Part shown: piece after piece, positions 31,687 to 38,297 of the stretch
How the letters are laid out: each line of letters begins with the position of its first letter
Position numbering within the stretch: position 1 is the stretch's first letter
Made by a program: the position numbers and the translations under genes
From: a virus
Taxonomy: Duplodnaviria; Caudoviricetes
Strand: one strand, 5' to 3'
IMG/VR virus record: IMGVR_UViG_3300032257_000359
Location: 1-38,297 of that record
DNA: 38,297 bases
The notes under the pieces: generated by a model
Told to the model about the DNA's origin: nothing
Database searches by the model: none
What the model saw: the letters and a program-made list of their open reading frames with translations, nothing else

Positions 31687-32021
31687 TTCCTGGTCGTGCC
31701 CTTGGCAGCTTTGTCCGCCTCGGCTTTGGCGACCTCCTCAGCAGCCACCCGATCCGCCTCGGCTTTGGCGGCCTCCTTAGCAGCTTTGTCCGCTTCGGCT
31801 TTGGCGGCCTCCTCAGCAGCCACCCGATCCGCCTCGGCTTTGGCGGCCTCCTTAGCAGCTTTGTCCGCTTCGGCTTTGGCGGCGACGCGCGCCGCTTGGT
31901 GCTGCGCCTCATCGACCGCGATGCCGCGCTTGATCAGGTCATCGGCGATGGCGGGCGCAAAGCCTGCCACCTCACCGGCCATCAGATTCAGATGGGCCTT
32001 TTTCATGCGGACCTGTTTCAT
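31683..32021 (-). CDS. Ala/Lys/Glu-rich repeat protein (head accessory)
   Basis: GEVAGF....A..LIK.GIA N-terminus, then KAEADK/KAEADR repeats; ATGA overlaps. Confidence 0.7.
   Translation of the reverse strand: MKQVRMKKAHLNLMAGEVAGFAPAIADDLIKRGIAVDEAQHQAARVAAKAEADKAAKEAAKAEADRVAAEEAAKAEADKAAKEAAKAEADRVAAEEVAKAEADKAAKGTTRK
31705..31883. repeat. 75-bp tandem repeat, about 2.4 copies
   Basis: GCAGCTTTGTCCGC recurs at 31705, 31780, 31855; unit is 36-bp plus 39-bp subrepeats. Confidence 0.9.
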
Positions 32022-32479
32022 TGCGGCAACCGGTTCGAGCCGCCGAACGCGATGACAGCACCAGCGCGGGCAACGTCGGTATTGGCGGCACTCAGATCCG
32101 GTGTGAAATTCACGCGGACATAGCGCTTGGCAGCCGCGAGGCTGACATTCACCTCAACCTGCCCGATCTCGGTGCTGCCACCCGTGTCGCCAGTCGCCTG
32201 CACACCCGACGCGACAGTGGCAAAGGTTGCCGCGTCAGACAGATCGGATTCTGCGCCGTCCTGAATCACTGACGCCAGCGTCAGGGTCGCAGCCTGTGCC
32301 AGTGTTGCGGTGAATGGCAGGGCCACGACGCAGGATTGCGGCCAGCCGAGCGCGGCGCGATCGATGATGACACCGGTCACAGCGGTCGCGTCACCCGTGC
32401 CGCCTGCCGTTGCTGCGGCTGGCCCTGCGGCATTGCGCACGGCGATCAGATCACCGATGGAACGAATTTGCGTGGTCAT
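32018..32479 (-). CDS. Putative capsid decoration protein
   Basis: Follows MCP; TG..IDR..G, IQDG......A.F, KRYVRV pattern; AAGGGAG SD. Confidence 0.6.
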   Translation of the reverse strand: MTTQIRSIGDLIAVRNAAGPAAATAGGTGDATAVTGVIIDRAALGWPQSCVVALPFTATLAQAATLTLASVIQDGAESDLSDAATFATVASGVQATGDTGGSTEIGQVEVNVSLAAAKRYVRVNFTPDLSAANTDVARAGAVIAFGGSNRLPQ

Positions 32480-32512
32480 TGGAAACTCCCTTGCGTTGAC
32501 CAAGTCAGGAAC

Positions 32513-32540
32513 ACGCGCGGCAATATTGATCGCCGCGCGT
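32513..32540 (-). terminator. Stem-loop after capsid gene (mRNA stabiliser or weak terminator)
   Basis: Minus strand ACGCGCGGCGAT-CAAT-ATTGCCGCGCGT, poor U-tract. Confidence 0.5.
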
Positions 32541-32558
32541 CACATCAAAGGCGCGCGA

Positions 32559-33863
32559 TCATACGCCCCAGGTCACACCGGTCAGCCACGAGGCCGCAGG
32601 CAGATGGCGCATGCCGATGTCGTGCAGCAGGATCAAACGCATCAGCGTCTCATCGCGGCTGAACGCGGCCTGCATCGTGCCGCTGGCGTCCTTGTAGGCG
32701 GCCTCGGTCGAAACAGCCACGTTGATCGCACCCTGTTCGCCGATGACGACATGGCTGGGATGGATCAAACCGATTTCCGACTCGGTTCCCGCACCAAGGT
32801 TGCCGGGAATCGCGGTGGTCACATGCACCGACTTGCGGCGCAGCATCCCTGCGGACATTTCGGGGAACGCGAGATTCCCATTGCCGTCGCGCAGATTGGT
32901 CAAATACATCGCGGACCGTGGCGACATAACCCAATGCGCACCGGTCGGATCGACATTCTGGTTCATCAGCGCCAATTCAAGGCGCCCCAGATCGGTGGTC
33001 ACCTTGGCCAGATCAGGCGTCGCCGTCATCGCCAGAATATTCAGCGACGCGAACGACGTGCCGACCGCCTGAAAGCGCAAGCCGAGGGGCAGGTTCTCAC
33101 CGCCGCTGCCACGCAGGAAATAGAGATCCTCAGCCTGTGCAGCGCCTTCGACGATATCGTCGCGCACCAACATGTCGACCGAGGTGCTGGCAGAGCGCAG
33201 CAGATCGTTCGAGATCGGGACAAGTCCGGCGAGCTTCTTGGCCGACAGTTTCATCGGGCCAAAGGTCAAGCCCGTGGCGGGCGTATCCTGTTGCTCGGCG
33301 ATATAGCCAAACGATGCACCAGCCGCGCGGCGGTTTGTGGACATGTTCCCGTTCGGCAGCGGGATCACGCGCGGACCCATCGCCCGAACAACGCTCACAG
33401 GACGCAGCAACTCGATGATCTCGGCAGAGACATCCTCGGGGACCAGAAAACCACCGGCAGCGCCGCTGGACATGTTCTGGTTCGCGAACAAACCGGTATC
33501 GCCATTCGCCTCGGCAATTGTCGCGGCGATATGCGCGTTACCCTGACCAGCCGCCAGATAGCGCGTCATGCGCGCGAAGGTCAGGCCGGGAACAGCAGGC
33601 ACAGCAGGCGCAGCTGCGTGTGGCGTCGGAGAACCCGAAGCAGGAGTAACGGCAACCGACACAGCCAGCGATGCACGGCGTTGTTCGGCATCGCGCAACC
33701 GCGCCATTTCGGCCTGCAACCGATCATCCTCGGCAGTCAGGGCAGACCACGCGGTCTCTTGATCATCCGAGATACCGGTTTCGGGATCGATTGCCGCCGT
33801 GATCGTTTCCATCTCATCCAAGATGGCCGCGCGGCGCTCGCGGATTTCAGTGATACGATCCAT
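32559..33863 (-). CDS. Major capsid protein, HK97 fold with N-terminal delta domain
   Basis: Coiled-coil N-terminus; GGFLVPE....IIELLR, L.AKKLAGLVPISNDLL, ED..FL.G.G, LRDGNG, AF.RD....R...HD. Confidence 0.95.
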   Translation of the reverse strand: MDRITEIRERRAAILDEMETITAAIDPETGISDDQETAWSALTAEDDRLQAEMARLRDAEQRRASLAVSVAVTPASGSPTPHAAAPAVPAVPGLTFARMTRYLAAGQGNAHIAATIAEANGDTGLFANQNMSSGAAGGFLVPEDVSAEIIELLRPVSVVRAMGPRVIPLPNGNMSTNRRAAGASFGYIAEQQDTPATGLTFGPMKLSAKKLAGLVPISNDLLRSASTSVDMLVRDDIVEGAAQAEDLYFLRGSGGENLPLGLRFQAVGTSFASLNILAMTATPDLAKVTTDLGRLELALMNQNVDPTGAHWVMSPRSAMYLTNLRDGNGNLAFPEMSAGMLRRKSVHVTTAIPGNLGAGTESEIGLIHPSHVVIGEQGAINVAVSTEAAYKDASGTMQAAFSRDETLMRLILLHDIGMRHLPAASWLTGVTWGV

Positions 33864-33876
33864 GCTGGACCTCCAT

Positions 33877-34818
33877 TTAGTTCGCGGCGCGACGCCGCAT
33901 TTCTACTTGTGCGGAAAACGGTGCGCGTTGCCCGCCTGCCTTCTTGTCACCCGGCACGCGGGCCTTATTCAGCACGCTTTCCAACGTGCCGATCTTGTCT
34001 GCCATTCCCAGTTCAACGGCGGCTTTCGCGATGACCATGCCGCCGCGTCCGAACTCGGCGCGCACCGTGGCCACGCTGACTTTGCGACCCTTGGCGACGT
34101 CGCCCATGAACACAGCTTCGGCGTCATCGACACTGGCCTGCATGTTGGCGCGACCCTCTTCGGTATCGGGGTCGGGCAGTTTCATCGGCGCGTGCGTGCT
34201 GATCACATCAAAGCTGCGCTTGCCGTTAGCGTCGGGTGCAACCTGGCGAGACCCCGACAGCATCACGCCGATGCTGCCAACCTGTGCGGCGGGTTCCAGC
34301 ACGATGCTGGTCGCTTGACTGGCCAGCCAATAGGCCGCCGAGGCACACTGGCCGGTGACAAACGCGACGACCGGTTTTGTCGAGGCGCGAATGGCTTCCG
34401 CCGCTTCACCAAGGCCCGAAACGATGCCACCGGGGCTGTCAAACAGCATGACGATTTGCTCGACATCCGGGTTGGATTGCGCCACCCGAAAATCGCGCAT
34501 GATACCGTCCAGAGACGTGCCCCCAGCCGAAGAATTAATCATCGTGGCGCGAGGGAAAATCGGCCCCAGAACTGGGATCACTGCCGAGCCATCGCGCACT
34601 GTGGACATACTCGCGCCTTGTAACGGCACACCAACCGCCGCTACCGCCTGCAATCCCGCGTCAAGCCGCGCAGCGTGGCCATCCGCAGCGACAGCCTGCA
34701 ATGCACCCGACTGAAGTGCTCGCATTGCAATGGCTTCGATCGCCGCCAGATAGTCCGGCATAATTGCCCAAGGCTGGGCGCGGATAGCGCCCAGCACGCG
34801 ACTGAGATCGTCGTTCAT
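33877..34818 (-). CDS. S49 (SppA-like) prohead protease
   Basis: QPWAI, DSPGG.VSG, CASAAYWLAS, VGSIGV, F...VA.GR, GMADKIGT. Confidence 0.9.
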   Translation of the reverse strand: MNDDLSRVLGAIRAQPWAIMPDYLAAIEAIAMRALQSGALQAVAADGHAARLDAGLQAVAAVGVPLQGASMSTVRDGSAVIPVLGPIFPRATMINSSAGGTSLDGIMRDFRVAQSNPDVEQIVMLFDSPGGIVSGLGEAAEAIRASTKPVVAFVTGQCASAAYWLASQATSIVLEPAAQVGSIGVMLSGSRQVAPDANGKRSFDVISTHAPMKLPDPDTEEGRANMQASVDDAEAVFMGDVAKGRKVSVATVRAEFGRGGMVIAKAAVELGMADKIGTLESVLNKARVPGDKKAGGQRAPFSAQVEMRRRAAN

Positions 34819-34829
34819 TGTTGTGATCC

Positions 34830-36089
34830 TTATTCGGTTGGCGATGTGCGCGGTTGCGCAGCATCTTCCATGTTGCCAGGCCGCCAATATGTGGTGCCAG
34901 CTGCACCCGGAATTTCTGGCTGGTTCTCGCGGCGCAGCAGATCGTTGGCATTGACCATGCCCATTTGCCGCTGTTGCCAATAAGCCTCCATGCGGCTTTT
35001 CAAATCGCCCTTGACCAGCGCGTCTGTCAGATGTTCGAATGTGTGCCCCGGTTGGGCAAAGAGCCGCTGCGCCGCCGATTCCACCCGCGCGAAATGCGGT
35101 CCGAGGTGGTAGATCACAAATTCCAGCGACTGCATTTCGATGTTGTTGTTCGTTGACCGCGACAGGTCAAAGATCAGATGCGGCGGCACCCCCCAGATGC
35201 GCGCCAAATCGGTAACATTGAATTGCCGCGTTTCGATGAATTGCGACTTGGTGTGGTCGCTGGTTAGCATGTTCGCGGTGACGTCCTGATCCAGCACCGC
35301 GACATTCTCGCCGTTGGGACCACCATAGATCGCATTCCAATCCGACCGCATCGCCGCCTTGTCCGCTGGCGAGATTTTCCCCTTGCCTTGCAGCACAGTG
35401 TCGACCTTGCCGCCGCGCGCCCAGAACCGCTGCGCATGTCGATCCGCAGCAACAGCACCACCCAAGGCCTCGCGCGCAAACCCCATCGGGCTAAGGCCCG
35501 ATATACCATTGCGCGAAAATCCTACGATATGCAGGATGTCACGCTGCGCAAAGCGGCCTGTCTGGTGGTCTGGCAGGGTGGCGTCATAGAACACCGTCTC
35601 ACCCTCAGCCGGATCGAAATAGACCACCGGCTTGCAGGTGCCAGGCCGCAACCTGGTCAAAGCCACCGGACGGCCCGCCGTGTCTCGGCTGACGTAAGCG
35701 TTGAACTCACCCATCAGCAGGATATCACCCATCATGAGTTCGCGAAAGTGGAACGCCGACTGGTGGCCGTTTGGCGCGTCATGCATCAACCGATAAAGCG
35801 GCGATTCCTCGGCGCGGAACCGACCGGTTTGCTCGCGTCGGTAGTAGATCAGCGGCGTCATCGCAAAGACCCCGCTCATCACACGCAGCGCCTGCAATGT
35901 TCCGGGCAAGCCGATCACCGTCGTTTCGTCAACGCGCACGCCAGCCGTGGCCAACCCCGGAGAGACGAAGCCGTTCGACCACTGCGTTGCACTCTCCACG
36001 CTGGCCGCAGTCATTCTGGGTTCAGCACGCGCCGAGGGGTCGACCATCGCCGTGCCGCGCCGGAACAAATCCATCAGGCCCATGCTCAC
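34830..36089 (-). CDS. Portal protein, HK97 family
   Basis: L...PN..QS...F, ILHI.GFS.NG..GLSP, QFIETRQF...DLARIWGVPPHLI, NIEMQ...F. Confidence 0.95.
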   Translation of the reverse strand: MSMGLMDLFRRGTAMVDPSARAEPRMTAASVESATQWSNGFVSPGLATAGVRVDETTVIGLPGTLQALRVMSGVFAMTPLIYYRREQTGRFRAEESPLYRLMHDAPNGHQSAFHFRELMMGDILLMGEFNAYVSRDTAGRPVALTRLRPGTCKPVVYFDPAEGETVFYDATLPDHQTGRFAQRDILHIVGFSRNGISGLSPMGFAREALGGAVAADRHAQRFWARGGKVDTVLQGKGKISPADKAAMRSDWNAIYGGPNGENVAVLDQDVTANMLTSDHTKSQFIETRQFNVTDLARIWGVPPHLIFDLSRSTNNNIEMQSLEFVIYHLGPHFARVESAAQRLFAQPGHTFEHLTDALVKGDLKSRMEAYWQQRQMGMVNANDLLRRENQPEIPGAAGTTYWRPGNMEDAAQPRTSPTE

Positions 36090-37789
36090 ATGCCCCCATA
36101 GACGAAAGCTTTGCTGTCAGCCGCAATCGGGTCGCGCAGCATTAGCATGAAGGCATCAAGCGCAGAAATGAACGGATCGATCTTGGCTTTGCCTGCAATT
36201 TCCTTGGTGACGCGCACAGCGGACCCTTTCTGTTCTGGTTTCGCATTGCCCACGGCCCACGCCATGAGCGGCTGTCCGCAATGCACAAAAGTGCCCTGTT
36301 TCAGCATGCGCTCCATGCCCCACAGGGCTGGCGACAACCGCCAGTCCTGCCCGACAACCACGATCTGCTCGAAGGTTATTCCGCGGCGAAACATCTGGTG
36401 CTGGATCGCCGCGCTGTTGGTGGTATCGACGCCGATCGCGTCATCCTCTGGCAACAACCCGGCCTCGAGCAGCTTCTCGGCCACGTCGGCGACGCCGCGC
36501 ACATCGCCAGTTGGATCATCATTATCCAGCAAGGTTAGATCGCCCGTCTCAGCGAAGTCCTGCAAGCGCGGCGCGATTTCCTTGCGCAGGTCCAGCACCT
36601 CTGGATGCGCCCATGCATGCCCCCAATGCAGCCAGCGCTGGGTTTCGCGACACCGGCCAAGAACAGCCACGCCAAACAAATCGTCCAAACCGCCGCCGTC
36701 GATCCCCATCACGGCAACTTCAGAACGCGCGATCAACTCATCCAACGTCAAACCGGCCTCGGTCGCGCCGTCCCAATATTGCGCGCCAACCCAACCCGCA
36801 CTCAGACCCACGCCAATCTCAATATTCAGGTGCTGACTGACCCAGATTTGCTTGGCCTCTTTTGAGACCGTGCCGTTGTTCTCATAGTCTGCGATCAGGC
36901 GCGCGGGATCGATCGACTTGCCAAGGTTCGGCAGCACCATGTGCCAGTTGCGCTGATCGCTCCAATATTTTTCGTCACGTTGCTGCGCGGGCGGAAACTC
37001 ATAGAGCACTGGCAACAGGATCGGGTTCGCACCGCCATTGCCATCCCGAACCGCACGCGCCTTGTCCAGTTCCGCCTTCCAGATACCCGCCGGGGTTTCA
37101 TCGGATTGCGTGGTGATCATCAGGACTTGACCGCCCTGCATCGTGATCCCACCGCCGCGAATTTGCTGCATCACGGCTTGGGCCTTTGCGCGTTTGCCCA
37201 ACTCGTGCAACTCATCGATGATCGTCAGGATCGGGATCTCGCCGACGACGATCTTGGTGTCGAAGGTTTTGACATCCAGTTGGGTGCCAGTCTTGCGCCG
37301 CGTGATGCACTTGAGGTGATCCTGCACCTTAAAAATCGCATCGAGCCGGTCATCGAGGCGGATCATGCCCTGCGCCTGGTCAAAGCATCGCTCCGAGATG
37401 TTCTGCGATGGCGCCACGATCAGCATCTGCCGGTTCGGTGCTTCCTCCATGAACAACGCCGTCAAACCCAGCGCAGCAACATAGGTCGTCTTGGAATTCT
37501 TTTTCGGCACCATACACAGCAGTTCCCAAACCAAACGCTGCTTGGTGTCAGGGTCTTCGCTGGCCAGGAACGCAACGACGATGTCGCGGAACCAATCGCC
37601 GCACGCCTCTGACAGCGGCGGGTTGCTTGGAACGTCTGGCAGCCTCAGTCGGTTGAAAAACGCCAGCGCCTTAGCCGCGCGGACTTCGTTGAACGGCACA
37701 TTGGCCATGGGCGGTTCGCCGCGCTGTATCTTCTCCCACCAATCAGGACAGGCGAAACGGGGCAGAGGCTCAATGTCGAACACTGTCAC
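36086..37789 (-). CDS. terL: Terminase large subunit
   Basis: Walker A VPKKNSKTT, Walker B IIDELHE, ITTQS, nuclease GIDGGGLDDL, KIDP. Confidence 0.95.
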   Translation of the reverse strand: MTVFDIEPLPRFACPDWWEKIQRGEPPMANVPFNEVRAAKALAFFNRLRLPDVPSNPPLSEACGDWFRDIVVAFLASEDPDTKQRLVWELLCMVPKKNSKTTYVAALGLTALFMEEAPNRQMLIVAPSQNISERCFDQAQGMIRLDDRLDAIFKVQDHLKCITRRKTGTQLDVKTFDTKIVVGEIPILTIIDELHELGKRAKAQAVMQQIRGGGITMQGGQVLMITTQSDETPAGIWKAELDKARAVRDGNGGANPILLPVLYEFPPAQQRDEKYWSDQRNWHMVLPNLGKSIDPARLIADYENNGTVSKEAKQIWVSQHLNIEIGVGLSAGWVGAQYWDGATEAGLTLDELIARSEVAVMGIDGGGLDDLFGVAVLGRCRETQRWLHWGHAWAHPEVLDLRKEIAPRLQDFAETGDLTLLDNDDPTGDVRGVADVAEKLLEAGLLPEDDAIGVDTTNSAAIQHQMFRRGITFEQIVVVGQDWRLSPALWGMERMLKQGTFVHCGQPLMAWAVGNAKPEQKGSAVRVTKEIAGKAKIDPFISALDAFMLMLRDPIAADSKAFVYGGM

Positions 37790-38258
37790 GCGCCTCGAGG
37801 TCGAGTTCGGCCATCAGTTCTGCATCCGCTTGATGCGCGCGTTCGCGGTCGATCTGCTTTTTGCCAAGCTTCTCGGCGGCGGGTTCCGGCTTTTCAAGCT
37901 TACCACGACCCATCTGCCTCTCAATTTCCATGAGATCGTTACGCGCCAGCATCTTGTCGAACTGCCGGTGCGCACCGACGTTGCCGTTCTCGGCCAACTC
38001 AAAAACCGACATCAAGCGCTCCGCCTCAAGCCTGTCACGCATAGCATCCCGGACTTTAAGCTCGGCTCTAAAATGGCGCTTGAGCGTGGCGATTGAGGCG
38101 TCAATGGCTTTGCCAATCCTGTCATTCGACCAGCCGAGAGCCAGTAACAGTTTGACTTTATTGCGAATTCTCGTGGTGGCCTCAAAAGAAGGCCGCCCAC
38201 GTTGACCCTTGCCAGCCCGAACCGGGTTGCCGAACAGGTCAAAATCATCACCGCCCAA
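37770..38258 (-). CDS. terS: Terminase small subunit (HTH)
   Basis: GRP.F......RNKV.LLLA.GWSN.RI..A...S.ATLKRHF..EL; GGAG SD with TTG start; between cos and terL. Confidence 0.75.
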   Translation of the reverse strand: MGGDDFDLFGNPVRAGKGQRGRPSFEATTRIRNKVKLLLALGWSNDRIGKAIDASIATLKRHFRAELKVRDAMRDRLEAERLMSVFELAENGNVGAHRQFDKMLARNDLMEIERQMGRGKLEKPEPAAEKLGKKQIDRERAHQADAELMAELDLEARDSVRH

Positions 38259-38279
38259 GAAAAAAATCTCCAGATGAGA
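38154..38279. repeat. Terminal direct repeat, copy 2
   Basis: Identical to 1-126. Confidence 0.95.
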
Positions 38280-38297
38280 ATGATACGGCGACCACCG
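38279..38297 (+). other. Illumina P5 adapter remnant (artefact)
   Basis: AATGATACGGCGACCACCG is the first 19 nt of the Illumina P5 sequence; homology to 1-126 ends here. Confidence 0.95.

Noticed and set aside
32310-34034. 574-aa plus-strand ORF
   Set aside because: Antisense shadow of the major capsid gene; no independent motifs
26400-37789. Gene transfer agent cluster
   Set aside because: Structural genes belong to GTA-related families, but integrase, attP, repressor switch, origin and HNH-cos mark a genuine temperate phage
38279-38297. Biological divergence between the two terminal repeat copies
   Set aside because: The divergent bases are Illumina P5 adapter sequence

Overview
The window is an essentially complete, circularly permuted genome (about 38,153 bp unique) of a temperate, long-tailed (siphovirus-type) phage. 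The host is probably an alphaproteobacterium (Rhodobacteraceae-like); this is inferred from gene content and the tRNA-Met-type attP. Positions 1-126 are repeated at 38154-38279, and the last 19 nt are Illumina P5 adapter. The layout is lambdoid. A minus-strand early/middle operon runs cro, cII-like, DUF1937, multi-HTH protein, DNA methyltransferase, replication initiator with internal iterons, and a NusG-paralogue antiterminator. It continues through a structured late leader with a terminator into HNH, cos, TerS, TerL, portal, S49 protease, HK97 capsid, neck and tail genes (with a -1 frameshift chaperone), tape measure, tail tip, a beta-helix tailspike and a lysis cassette. On the plus strand are a peptidase-less repressor and an accessory operon (NDT-like, DUF2303, HNH, MazG-like, DHH phosphoesterase, Gp37/Gp68, xis-like, tyrosine integrase) ending at an intact attP (3' half of tRNA-Met). 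Four observations stand out. (1) A NusG paralogue sits in the Q position, followed by a promoter, a leader RNA with mutually exclusive folds and a terminator. (2) A head-to-head gene pair next to attP has start codons overlapping in one CATG. (3) Three accessory cassettes are each bracketed by 24-44 bp duplications of neighbouring gene ends. (4) There are morons: a DEDDh-BRCT exonuclease between cro and cII, a 2-TM gene before the tape measure gene, and DUF3307 inside the lysis cassette. All protein assignments come from motif recognition by eye; no database searches were run.
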